NCBI GenBank assembly: GCA_023133595.1
Contig: JAGLWF010000003.1
Coordinates: forward strand, 44,369-108,368
Direction: 5' to 3'
Length of the DNA: 64,000 nt
Source of the DNA: Nanobdellota archaeon
GTDB lineage: Archaea > Nanobdellota > Nanobdellia > Woesearchaeales > WJKV01
How positions within the stretch are numbered: position 1 is the stretch's first letter; each line of letters opens with the position of its first letter. This document shows, piece after piece, positions 1 through 8,699 of this stretch. The notes beneath the pieces were generated by a model, which had not been told where the DNA came from, did not search any database, and worked only from the letters and a program-made list of their open reading frames with translations. A program made the position numbers and the translations under genes.

Positions 1-5
1 CTTTC

Positions 6-359
6 TTGTACGGTGCAGGTGCAATCTTCATACTAGCATGGAATGCCTCTGTTGGCGGTGCTTTCATTGGCAATTTCATCAGGACAAAATTATTGGCGTA
101 TTCATCAGTGCACGCTATCGGTCTTGGATTAGTAAGATATCTTCCCCACGGAGTGCTTGAGATGGGGGCATACTTTGTCGGCGCACTAGCAGGAGGAATA
201 ATTTCAGTCGCAGTTATCAGACATGATTTTGGCAGTAAAAAGTTTTTCAAGATTATCTTTGATTCCTCTGAACTGATAATGATAGCCTTGTTGCTCTTAT
301 TCCTCGCGACATTGGTAGAAGTTTTTATCACACCATCATTAGTAGCTTTCTTGATGTAA
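6..359 (+). CDS. C-terminal fragment of a polytopic membrane protein, possibly DUF95/SpoIIM-like; truncated by the window edge
   Basis: Hydrophobic TM-like segments throughout; an HGxLE...AG motif recalls the DUF95 family. No start codon in the window. Family assignment is from memory only. Confidence 0.3.
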   Translation: MYGAGAIFILAWNASVGGAFIGNFIRTKLLAYSSVHAIGLGLVRYLPHGVLEMGAYFVGALAGGIISVAVIRHDFGSKKFFKIIFDSSELIMIALLLLFLATLVEVFITPSLVAFLM

Positions 360-361
360 TT

Positions 362-1075
362 TTATAGAACTTTAACTCGTCCAGGCTTTACCATGAATAA
401 ATCTCCAGAAGCCAAGAGATCATTTACAATCTTTTCGCAATCGTCAAGCATGGACTTCTCTATTATCTCTACAATCTCAACACCATCCCCTTTATCTTCT
501 TCACTAATAATCTTAAGTACAATGTCTGTTTTATTTATGATCTGACCAATAGGTTTGCCTTCGATTGCATCTTCTACAATCTCTTCTTCTTTTTTCTCGA
601 TTGGCTTTTCTTCTACTTTTTCTTGAGCAACAAGAGGCGCGGAAATCCTAATCTCATCTTTGGCGTGCTTTTGGTTATCGATTTTTGCCTTAAGAAGATT
701 GTATTTGAAAGATATAGCATCAATAGCTTTGACAATCTCAGGCATGATGTATCTTTGTGAATTGAACTCACGAATCCTGCCGATCACAAGAATCAGGTCT
801 CCGACTTTCTGGCTTATGAACAATTTTTTCTTTTTGCTTTCATCCACAAACTCCCGGACATCTATTGTTCCTGTTCCATCATCTATTGTGATTGTATTGG
901 ATTCTTCTATACGGGTATCAACAACTGTGCCTGCAACAACAGTCCGGGAAACTTTCTTATAATCAAAATCAAGATAGTTCGGGTCCCAATCACCTTCTCC
1001 TTTCTTGAACTCGTACTTATAAATATCCGAGATCAAAGCAGGATATGCAATTAGACGGTTGAATTTCTGATTCAT
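362..1075 (-). CDS. OB-fold nucleic-acid-binding protein with a C-terminal winged-helix-like tail (RPA32-like / RPA-associated); last gene of the TBP-MCM operon
   Basis: Central segment TVVAGTVVDTRIEESNTITIDDGTGTIDV is typical of RPA-type OB folds. C-terminal ...LLASGDLFMVKPGRVKVL resembles the wH tail of MCM (SGDLFEPKHGFIQKL). Sits directly downstream of MCM on the same strand. Confidence 0.4.
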   Translation of the reverse strand: MNQKFNRLIAYPALISDIYKYEFKKGEGDWDPNYLDFDYKKVSRTVVAGTVVDTRIEESNTITIDDGTGTIDVREFVDESKKKKLFISQKVGDLILVIGRIREFNSQRYIMPEIVKAIDAISFKYNLLKAKIDNQKHAKDEIRISAPLVAQEKVEEKPIEKKEEEIVEDAIEGKPIGQIINKTDIVLKIISEEDKGDGVEIVEIIEKSMLDDCEKIVNDLLASGDLFMVKPGRVKVL

Positions 1076-1124
1076 TTTTCAGGCTAGAAGAAAGTATATG
1101 AATATATAAGAATTTTGATTGACA

Positions 1125-1155
1125 GTGCATAGCACGCTTTGCTTGATCTATGCAC
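1125..1155 (-). promoter_or_regulatory. 8-bp perfect inverted repeat (GTGCATAG ... CTATGCAC) between the MCM stop and the OB-fold gene start; hairpin-forming, possible attenuator or processing site
   Basis: Read directly from the sequence: gtgcatag(1125-1132) ... ctatgcac(1148-1155) with a 15-nt loop. Lies between two co-oriented genes. Confidence 0.25.
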
Positions 1156-1170
1156 GTACGATTGGTAGAA

Positions 1171-3180
1171 TCAGAGCTTTTGGATGAAACCATGTTTTGG
1201 CTCGAAAAGGTCGCCAGACCTTTTTAATCTCTCAATAGCTTCTTCAACTTCAGAAGCAGGTATCCCTTTTTCTCCTGCAATTTTAACAATATCATCAATA
1301 GGAATGGTTTTTCCGATCTTATTTTCTAATTCATTGATTATTTCTCTGACTCCGGCGATTTTTCCTCTCTGGCTTGCGCTAATTCCAGAGGTAATCCTGT
1401 CTATGTCAATCTTTCCTGTTTCTTTGTCAGTCGCAATCTCTGCAAGACAGAACTGAACCAAATCAATGGCTCTCTTTGCATCTTCCCTGTCAACTGTACT
1501 GGATAATCTTATACGAGCAGAAGCTTCTGCCATCCGGATGATACCTTCCAACTGCCGCGCTGAAATAGGGACAGACTTCATGCCCCCTTCTTCTGTGCCC
1601 GAACTTCGCATCTTGACATAATATTCCTGGATCTCTTCAATTGCTTTGTCAGTAAGTTTTGGTTGGCATGTTTGCTTTGCATAAGCAACATATTTTCTAA
1701 TTATCTCTGTTGAGATCGGGCTTTCATGCAGAGAAGAAGCATCTTGGTGCAGTTTAAGAATAAAATATGACATCTTTTTGTCTTTATCTTTATCAGGGAG
1801 ATCCTTTATCGGAAATATTAGATCGAACCTGTTGATCAAGGAAGCTGGCAGATTAATCTGCTCACTGATCGCGATATAGGGATCAAAACGCCCGAACTTA
1901 GGATTTGCAGCTGCAAGGACCGTTGTTTCACATCTTAATGTCGCTTGAATGTTTGCTTTGCTTATGCTGATCTGCTGCTGTTCAAGAGCTTCGTGCATTG
2001 CGTCACGATCCTCTTTATTCATCTTATCTAACTCGTCAATCATACAATATCCTTTATGTGCTAGAACCAGAGCACCACCTTCAAGAACCCAACCATTTGT
2101 AAACTCATCTCTCAAGACAGAAGCTGTAAGTCCTGCACCAGAAACACCTTTTCCACTCACAAATCGGGATTTAGGGGCTACAAAAGAGACCCTTTTAATT
2201 AATTGAGATTTTCCAGATCCAGGATCCCCAATCAATAAAATATGTGTATCTCCTCTTGTTATGACACCGTCAGGCCGTACTTTTCGAACTCCGCCGAACA
2301 TCTGCAGAACTAATGCAGCCTTAACTTTTTCATGACCATAGATAGAAGGCGCGATTGCCAGCTGGAGTTTTTCGTAGACATGAGGATCTAAAGCCAAATC
2401 TTTGATTGCTTTTAATTCTTCGTCTTCTATTGACAGCTCAAGAAAATCATCTTCCATTGGTTCGATCAAATTTCCAGAAAGAACCAATTCAAAACGTACA
2501 GATTGTGATCCGCTTTTCTGCATGATCGGAATCTCTTTGACAATACCAAAGACGCAAACGCGCGTTCCAGGATTTGTCCGTTTCTCTGTGAATGGGGAAG
2601 TCATATCATCTGTCAGATAAACATCGATACGCTTTGGCTGAGCACCACCGAGCGCTTCTGGGCTTTCCTCTAGTACGATTCTCTGCGCATCCATGAGATT
2701 TTTTTCTATTAGTTTGAACTTTCCTTTTCTTCCGCAGCCGCACTTGCTAGGCTGACGAAAGGAAAGATCATCCTGAATAATGTTGATGATGTTTCCGCAG
2801 CTTGGACATTCGAATTTTGCATTGACAACCTGCGGACGCACCCCTGATTTTATCTTAACAATGCCTACAACCTTGATAAATTTGCCAATATGCTCGCTCC
2901 TGATCTCCCCTATTGGAATTCCTGCACTCTCTGGCAAGCTGAAGAACCGTGATTTGATCTTCCTAGGAACATCAAACTTAGAAATGGCGAGTTCGCAGGC
3001 CTTGATAGTGTCTTCTGGCGTTGTGAGCAGGGTTTCTGCTAAGTCTACATTGAACTTAGATAGTTCAGAAAAATCAATTTTCAAGCTATTGTTCTTCGAT
3101 CGTGCGACTTCTAAAACTTCTGCTTTCAAGTTGCTGTCGATAAAACGATGGAACAATTCTATCTGTTCACTTACGTCCAT
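1171..3180 (-). CDS. mcm: Minichromosome maintenance (MCM) replicative helicase
   Basis: Walker A (LLIGDPGSGKSQL), Walker B (CMIDELDKM), N-terminal C4 zinc motif (CPSCGN...CGCG), arginine-finger region and C-terminal wH. 669 aa, no intein. Confidence 0.92.
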   Translation of the reverse strand: MDVSEQIELFHRFIDSNLKAEVLEVARSKNNSLKIDFSELSKFNVDLAETLLTTPEDTIKACELAISKFDVPRKIKSRFFSLPESAGIPIGEIRSEHIGKFIKVVGIVKIKSGVRPQVVNAKFECPSCGNIINIIQDDLSFRQPSKCGCGRKGKFKLIEKNLMDAQRIVLEESPEALGGAQPKRIDVYLTDDMTSPFTEKRTNPGTRVCVFGIVKEIPIMQKSGSQSVRFELVLSGNLIEPMEDDFLELSIEDEELKAIKDLALDPHVYEKLQLAIAPSIYGHEKVKAALVLQMFGGVRKVRPDGVITRGDTHILLIGDPGSGKSQLIKRVSFVAPKSRFVSGKGVSGAGLTASVLRDEFTNGWVLEGGALVLAHKGYCMIDELDKMNKEDRDAMHEALEQQQISISKANIQATLRCETTVLAAANPKFGRFDPYIAISEQINLPASLINRFDLIFPIKDLPDKDKDKKMSYFILKLHQDASSLHESPISTEIIRKYVAYAKQTCQPKLTDKAIEEIQEYYVKMRSSGTEEGGMKSVPISARQLEGIIRMAEASARIRLSSTVDREDAKRAIDLVQFCLAEIATDKETGKIDIDRITSGISASQRGKIAGVREIINELENKIGKTIPIDDIVKIAGEKGIPASEVEEAIERLKRSGDLFEPKHGFIQKL

Positions 3181-3181
3181 C

Positions 3182-3775
3182 TTACTTTATTTCTTTTAGT
3201 TTTTTCACTAGCTTTTTAACAGCTTCGTCAACAGCTTCTTTGCTTTTTGTACCAGTACATACGATCTGTCCGTTTGTGAACAGCAAGAATGTTGCTCTAG
3301 TTCCTTTTAGTTTGTAGACTAGACCTGGAAATTGTTCTGGTTCATACTCTGTATTCTCTAGCTTGACTGCTAAAGTGTTCAGGTTGATGTCCATTCCAAT
3401 GCTTCCAGAAGCAACTATATTCTGTACAGTATATTGTGGTTTTGACTTTACATTGACACCAATCTTTTTCAGAGCTTCTACTATTTTTACCATTGCCTGA
3501 TCCACTTTCTCTAGGTCTCGAGCACCAGTACAAACAATCTTTCCACTGTTAAAGATTAATGCTGAAGTTTTTGGTTCTCTAATTCTAAGAACTAAACCTG
3601 GAAACTGCTCAGGATTATACTCTGTATTAGGGAGGGTAGCTGCCATCTTTTCTAATGGTATCTTGTCTTGGTCGACCTGACCAGAAACAACTATGTTTAC
3701 TATTCTGATACTAACCTTTCCCTTCTCACCTTTTTTTGTTTTGGATTTTGTTTTTTTGGCTGCGATTTTTGCCAC
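3182..3775 (-). CDS. tbp: TATA-box-binding protein (TBP) with a lysine-rich N-terminal extension; GTG start
   Basis: Two tandem TBP repeats (NIVVSGQV...EQFPGLVLRIREPKTSALIFNSGKIVCTGA and NIVASGSI...EQFPGLVYKLKGTRATFLLFTNGQIVCTG). The stop lies 2 nt from the MCM start, implying an operon. Confidence 0.9.
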   Translation of the reverse strand: MAKIAAKKTKSKTKKGEKGKVSIRIVNIVVSGQVDQDKIPLEKMAATLPNTEYNPEQFPGLVLRIREPKTSALIFNSGKIVCTGARDLEKVDQAMVKIVEALKKIGVNVKSKPQYTVQNIVASGSIGMDINLNTLAVKLENTEYEPEQFPGLVYKLKGTRATFLLFTNGQIVCTGTKSKEAVDEAVKKLVKKLKEIK

Positions 3776-4076
3776 CTCCGGAATTATATTTTAAGATCAT
3801 ACCCCCTCTGTTTATAAAAGAATATCTTCTAATTTATAAAGGTTTTTATTTCCTGTAGTCTGGGGTATACAGGTTAGAGTGGTATAATGCCTTTGCTTCG
3901 CATGGAGCCGCTCTTTTATAGCACGTTTTATAGCTATATTTAAGCCCTACACAACGTTGCCACATCTTGTTTCCAAAGGAAATTAAGGGGTGCTTGAGAG
4001 GCGTGCGTGGGTATCATTGTCTATATAGCGAATTATTTTCAATATGGAAAAAATTAAAAGCCATAAGATTTATATA

Positions 4077-4103
4077 TAACTATTGTTAACTTAACTATTG
4101 TTA
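4077..4103 (+). promoter_or_regulatory. Tandem 12-bp direct repeat (TAACTATTGTTA x2, 15-bp register) just downstream of a TATA-like box (TTTATATATA, 4068-4077), ending on the ATG of the HTH gene; candidate operator
   Basis: Read directly: taactattgtta at 4077-4088 and 4092-4103. Confidence 0.35.
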
Positions 4104-4465
4104 TGGTTATGAAACTAACGTCTCAGGAAATCGAAGTATGGCATGTGTTGCCAGCTGTAAGGGCAGAGCTTGCCAAAGAGATGAAAGAGCTGGGCATGCT
4201 GCAGAAGGATATTGCCTCTGTGCTGGGCCTGACACAAGCTGCGATTTCACAATATTTCTCGAACAAGAGGGGATGTAGTATTACATTCAATGATTGTATA
4301 CAGAAGCAAATAAAGACTAGTGCTGGGAAGCTAAAGGACAATTCAGAGGTATTGTTCAAGGAATTGTATGATATATTGCAAATGGTACGTGATACAGGCC
4401 TATTATGTAAGATTCATCAAGAATTTACAGATATATCAAAGTGCGAATGCTGCAAAAAACACTGA
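4103..4465 (+). CDS. XRE-like HTH transcriptional regulator with a C-terminal Cys/His cluster; first gene of the isc / tRNA-thiolation operon
   Basis: HTH segment LQKDIASVLGLTQAAISQYFSNKRG; C-terminal CKIHQEF...CECCKKH could bind a metal. Confidence 0.5.
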   Translation: MVMKLTSQEIEVWHVLPAVRAELAKEMKELGMLQKDIASVLGLTQAAISQYFSNKRGCSITFNDCIQKQIKTSAGKLKDNSEVLFKELYDILQMVRDTGLLCKIHQEFTDISKCECCKKH

Positions 4466-4467
4466 AA

Positions 4468-5613
4468 ATGGCAAAAAAAGTATATTTGGATCATGGGGCG
4501 ACAACACCAGTAGATGCAGAAGTAGTTGAAGCTATGCAACCTTACTTTACAGAGAAGTTCGGCAATGCGTCTTCTATACATTGTTTTGGAAAAGTGGCCC
4601 GTGATGCTCTGGAAAAATCACGAGAAATTATTGCTTGGAAGATAAATGCTGAAAAAGATGAGATAATTTTTACTTCAGGCGGTTCAGAATCAAACAATCT
4701 TGCAATCAAGGGTGTTTTGTTCGCGAATAAAGAGAAGAATCATATTATCACTTCAAAAATCGAGCATCCTGCTGTTTTACAGACATGCCAGGCACTTGAG
4801 AATGGATTTTCTGTAACTTACTTGGATGTTGATGCAGGCGGCTTAGTTGATTTGAAAAAGTTGGAGGAAGCGATTACTGACAAAACAGCTTTGGTTTCTA
4901 TTATGCACGCAAATAATGAGATTGGAGTTATCCAGGATATCAGAACGATTGGCGAGATCTGCAAGAGACATAATGTTTTGTTCCATACTGATGCTGTGCA
5001 GAGTTTCACAAAAGTTCCGATTGATGTCAAAGATATTAATGTTGATCTGATTTCCTTATCTTCACATAAAATGCACGGACCAAAAGGAATAGGGGCTTTA
5101 TTTATCAAGAAAGGAACTGAATTACAGAAGCAAAACCAGGGCGGACATCAAGAGCTTGATCTCCGTGCAGGAACTGAGAACATTTCAGGAATTGTTGGTT
5201 TTGCAAAAGCAGTAGAATTAGCCAGTGATGATCATGTTGCGCAAATGCAGGAACTGCGAGATAAATTTATCGACAAGATATTGAAAGAAATATCAGATAC
5301 AACCCTTAATGGCGGTCGTGAGGAACGATTGTGCAATAATGTGAACATTACATTCAAATTTATCGAAGGAGAAGGCTTATTATTACATCTAGATGCGCAT
5401 GGCATTGCTGTCAGCACTGGAAGCGCCTGCACCTCACAATCGTTAGAACCTTCACATGTATTGCTTGCGATTGGATTAAAACATGAGGATGCGCACGGTG
5501 CTATCCGTTTTACACTTGGAAAAGAAAATACACAAGAAGAATTAGATTATACTTTTGAAAAATTAAAAGAGGCTGTGAAGAACTTAAGAAAAATAAGCCC
5601 ATTGGCAAAATAA
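4468..5613 (+). CDS. iscS: Cysteine desulfurase (IscS/NifS family, PLP-dependent)
   Basis: LDHGATTP N-terminus, PLP-lysine motif SSHKMHGPKG and active-site Cys region STGSACTS. Start chosen at MAKKVYLDH rather than the upstream GTG. Confidence 0.88.
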   Translation: MAKKVYLDHGATTPVDAEVVEAMQPYFTEKFGNASSIHCFGKVARDALEKSREIIAWKINAEKDEIIFTSGGSESNNLAIKGVLFANKEKNHIITSKIEHPAVLQTCQALENGFSVTYLDVDAGGLVDLKKLEEAITDKTALVSIMHANNEIGVIQDIRTIGEICKRHNVLFHTDAVQSFTKVPIDVKDINVDLISLSSHKMHGPKGIGALFIKKGTELQKQNQGGHQELDLRAGTENISGIVGFAKAVELASDDHVAQMQELRDKFIDKILKEISDTTLNGGREERLCNNVNITFKFIEGEGLLLHLDAHGIAVSTGSACTSQSLEPSHVLLAIGLKHEDAHGAIRFTLGKENTQEELDYTFEKLKEAVKNLRKISPLAK

Positions 5614-5614
5614 A

Positions 5615-6031
5615 ATGTCGTACGTAGACCAATACTCGGAAAAAGTAAAAGAACATTTCATGCATCCAAAGAATATGGGGCATATCAAGGAAGAAGATCT
5701 TCAGCCAGGAGAAGAACTGGCTCGTGGAGAAGTTGGGAATCCAGCATGCGGAGATTTGATGACTATATTTTTGAAGATCAAAGACAGAAAGATAATTGAT
5801 GCAAAGATCAAGACATTTGGCTGTGCAGCCGCAATAGCATGTTCTTCAATAACAACTGAGATGGTTGTTGGATTGACAATTGACAAAGCACGGAAATTGA
5901 CAAAGAATCAAGTCGCGGACGAGCTTGAAGGATTGCCCCCATTAAAACTGCATTGTTCAAATCTAGCTGTTGATGCTTTGAACAAAGCATTAGACAATTA
6001 TGAACAAGGCATTGGAGTAGTAAGAAAATGA
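5615..6031 (+). CDS. iscU: Fe-S cluster assembly scaffold IscU/NifU
   Basis: The three conserved cysteines sit in GNPACGD, FGCAAAIAC and LHCSNLA contexts. Confidence 0.88.
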   Translation: MSYVDQYSEKVKEHFMHPKNMGHIKEEDLQPGEELARGEVGNPACGDLMTIFLKIKDRKIIDAKIKTFGCAAAIACSSITTEMVVGLTIDKARKLTKNQVADELEGLPPLKLHCSNLAVDALNKALDNYEQGIGVVRK

Positions 6032-6906
6032 ATGTTTTTATTCTAAGATTCGGAGAGATTGCACTTAAAGGGGCAAATCGAAGTAGATTCGAGAAATCAT
6101 TAATCAGAAATATACAAAGAAGAGTTGAAGGCAGTGTTATCAAGCGAGTGCAGGGCAGATTTTATTTGTATAATGATAAGCTTGATGAGGACAGGATAAT
6201 TGTATTATTGCATAGTGTGTTTGGATTAGTATCTTTTTCTCCTGCAATTGAATGCGAACTTGATATCGAAAAGATAAAAGAAACCATACTTTCTGTGATT
6301 GAAAAAGAAAAAGCAAAGAGAAAGATTGAAACATTCAGGATCACAACAAACAGGATTGAAAAACATCTTCTTTCGTCCAATGAGATGAGCCGTGACATGG
6401 GCGCGTTTGTCATTGGAAAAACAGGATGGAAAGCAAAGATGAAAGGTATGGATCTGAATATTGGCATTGAGATTGCGAACAAAGCTTTCATTTATACTGA
6501 GAAGATAGGAAGCCTTGCTGGAATTCCAGTTGGTATTGAAGGAAATATCTTCTTACTGATGGATGATCCAGACGCCTTAGTCAGCGGGTTTATCATGATG
6601 AAACGCGGTTGCGACATATTTCCATTGATCTTTGATGAGAAAGATAGAGAGATGGCTGAAGGCGTTATTGAGAAGTTGCAGGTATTTTCGCCGGGCAAAC
6701 TATCTTTGCATGTATACAAACCAGAAGAGATCAAAGAAGTTGCTGAAAAATACAAGTTAAGAGCGATCGCTGTCTCAGATAAGGTTGATAAGATGAGACC
6801 TGATCTTGAAATCACAACACTACGACCGATAGTCGCGTTTCCAGACAAAACACTAAAATTTTATAGAGATAAGATAGAAAAAATTATCTTAGGCATTGAA
6901 AAATGA
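6028..6906 (+). CDS. ThiI-like protein: N-terminal ferredoxin-like plus THUMP domain, then a truncated PP-loop-like segment whose SGGxDS motif is degenerate
   Basis: N-terminus ILRFGEIALKGANRSRFE matches the ThiI start. VSGFIMMKRGCDIFPLIF aligns to ThiI ...SGGIDSPVAAYLMMKRGxEV..., but the PP-loop residues read DDPDAL. Overlaps iscU and the downstream carrier gene by 4 nt. Confidence 0.6.
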   Translation: MNVFILRFGEIALKGANRSRFEKSLIRNIQRRVEGSVIKRVQGRFYLYNDKLDEDRIIVLLHSVFGLVSFSPAIECELDIEKIKETILSVIEKEKAKRKIETFRITTNRIEKHLLSSNEMSRDMGAFVIGKTGWKAKMKGMDLNIGIEIANKAFIYTEKIGSLAGIPVGIEGNIFLLMDDPDALVSGFIMMKRGCDIFPLIFDEKDREMAEGVIEKLQVFSPGKLSLHVYKPEEIKEVAEKYKLRAIAVSDKVDKMRPDLEITTLRPIVAFPDKTLKFYRDKIEKIILGIEK

Positions 6907-7100
6907 AAATTATTATCAAAAAAGCAGGGAAAAAGGAGATTACAAAGAAATTTTCCGGAACCGGAAAAAAACTATTGGAAGAACTAAAGATAAATCCAGA
7001 AGAGGTATTGATTCTGAAGAATAACGAGCTGGTGGATGTCGATGCGCGTTTGACTGATAACGATAATATTGAGATCTTATCTGTTGTTTCAGGTGGATAA
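6903..7100 (+). CDS. Ubiquitin-like sulfur-carrier protein (ThiS/MoaD/TtuB family) with a C-terminal Gly-Gly
   Basis: 65 aa, ending ...SVVSGG-stop. Overlaps the start of the downstream TtuA gene by 1 nt. Confidence 0.55.
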   Translation: MKIIIKKAGKKEITKKFSGTGKKLLEELKINPEEVLILKNNELVDVDARLTDNDNIEILSVVSGG

Positions 7101-8005
7101 TGAAATGCAAAAAATGCAAACAAAAAGCTGTTGTCTCTGGTCTATGTAAAGATCATTTTGTGAAATCTTTTGAGAGAAGATTCTATGATTGCATTGCCAA
7201 ATACAAATTGATCAAGAAAAAAGATAAGATTCTTGTTGCAGCAAGCGGGGGAAAAGATTCCATTGTCCTTCTTTATCTGCTATCTAAAAAATATAAGGTC
7301 AAGGCTCTTGCAATTGATGAAGGAATTCACGGTTATCGAGAACAGACGTTGAAAGTTTTGAAAGAATTTTGTGAAAAGAATGAAATAGAACTAACAATAA
7401 AAACATTGAAAAAAGAGTTTGGATATTCACTTGACCAGATCATCAAGAAAACCAAACTGCGGGCGTGCACTGTCTGCGGAATATTACGAAGGTATCTGTT
7501 GAACAAAGACAGATCGTGCGACGTGATTGCAACAGGACATAATCTTGATGATGAGGCACAGTCAATCCTGATGAATGTTCTCAAGAACCAGATTGAATTA
7601 CTGGCAAGATTAGGGCCAAAGACAGGAGTGATCCCTAAAAAAATCGCAAAGAAACATTTCATACAAAGGATAAAGCCAATGTATTTCATTCCAGAACGAG
7701 AAATAATGGCGTATGCTGTGATAAAAAAGTTTGGAGTCTCTTTTACAGAATGTCCATATGCCTATGATTCATTTAGGAGCTCTGTACTGGAAGGATTAAA
7801 TTTGATTGAAAATAAAAATCCTGGAACAAAGATGAATATTGTCAAGAATTTCTTATCAGAACTGCCGAATCTTAAACAAAAATATAAGCAGGGCAGAGTT
7901 GGCCAATGTTCACGGTGCAGAGAACCTGCAAACAAGCAATTATGCAGTGCGTGCCAGATGGCTGATCGAATGAAGAAGTTATTGAAAGCTCGAAAACCTT
8001 TATAA
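7100..8005 (+). CDS. ttuA: TtuA/NcsA/TtcA-family tRNA 2-thiolation PP-loop ATPase with Zn/Fe-S cysteine clusters
   Basis: PP-loop VAASGGKDS, N-terminal CxxC...C, central CTVCG, HNLDDEAQS motif and C-terminal CSRCREPANKQLCSAC. Confidence 0.75.
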   Translation: MKCKKCKQKAVVSGLCKDHFVKSFERRFYDCIAKYKLIKKKDKILVAASGGKDSIVLLYLLSKKYKVKALAIDEGIHGYREQTLKVLKEFCEKNEIELTIKTLKKEFGYSLDQIIKKTKLRACTVCGILRRYLLNKDRSCDVIATGHNLDDEAQSILMNVLKNQIELLARLGPKTGVIPKKIAKKHFIQRIKPMYFIPEREIMAYAVIKKFGVSFTECPYAYDSFRSSVLEGLNLIENKNPGTKMNIVKNFLSELPNLKQKYKQGRVGQCSRCREPANKQLCSACQMADRMKKLLKARKPL

Positions 8006-8029
8006 AGCACGATACCCACGTATTCTTTT

Positions 8030-8650
8030 ATGATAGATATAGTATTTCCAGACAGCAACGAGAAAGAATTTGTTGGGATGGCAAAGAGATTAGGCTATTC
8101 TGGAATCTGTTTTGTCTATCATGAGAAAGATCGAAAAAATCTAGTGAAAGCAGAAGCTTTGAAAGAAACAGGTTTCAATATCTTTACTGGGCTTGTCTGC
8201 AAAAAATTGCCAAAAGCAAAAGCAGATATATATTTTGCTGAAAAGAACGATCGTTTCTTTTTGAAAGGAAAACATGATGTGATATTTGATATTGAAGGAC
8301 TGTATGATTTTATCCATCAAAGAGATTCTGGCCTAAATCACATATTGTGCAGGATGATGCACGAGAAAGAAGTTAGCTATGGCATCTCATTTTCTGCTAT
8401 ATTGAATTCAGAGAAACGATCTGTATTGCTTGGCCAGATAATGCAGAATGTAAGACTGTGCCAGAAGTATAAAACAAAGATAATTTTTGCATCTTTTGCA
8501 GAACATCCCTTTAAGATGCGATCTCCAAATGATCTGGAAGCTTTTGGCAGGATTCTAGGACTGCGCAATGCAAAAAAAGTACTGAATGCAGCGGCATCTG
8601 TAGTGAAGACTAAGCAAAGACAGATAGGCAAAGACATAGAGCGCATATAG
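8030..8650 (+). CDS. Possible RNase P protein subunit Rpp30 (Rnp3), TIM-barrel/PHP-like
   Basis: Weak match from memory to archaeal Rpp30: N-terminal MIDIVFPDS...MAKRLGYSGICF and C-terminal ...MRSPNDLEAFGRILGLRNAK. Unverified. Confidence 0.3.
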   Translation: MIDIVFPDSNEKEFVGMAKRLGYSGICFVYHEKDRKNLVKAEALKETGFNIFTGLVCKKLPKAKADIYFAEKNDRFFLKGKHDVIFDIEGLYDFIHQRDSGLNHILCRMMHEKEVSYGISFSAILNSEKRSVLLGQIMQNVRLCQKYKTKIIFASFAEHPFKMRSPNDLEAFGRILGLRNAKKVLNAAASVVKTKQRQIGKDIERI

Positions 8651-8699
8651 AATTTTCTAATAAAGTTTATATAGGTAATCTTATTTAAGAAGTCTGGAG

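Noticed and set aside
660-962. Plus-strand 100-aa ORF and other short ORFs overlapping the OB-fold, MCM and TBP genes
   Set aside because: They are antisense to strongly supported genes and have no motifs.
4441-4467. GTG-initiated N-terminal extension of IscS (MRMLQKTLK...)
   Set aside because: The internal ATG (4468) gives the canonical IscS N-terminus (MAKKVYLDHGATTP) and avoids overlap with the HTH gene; the extension is likely artefactual.
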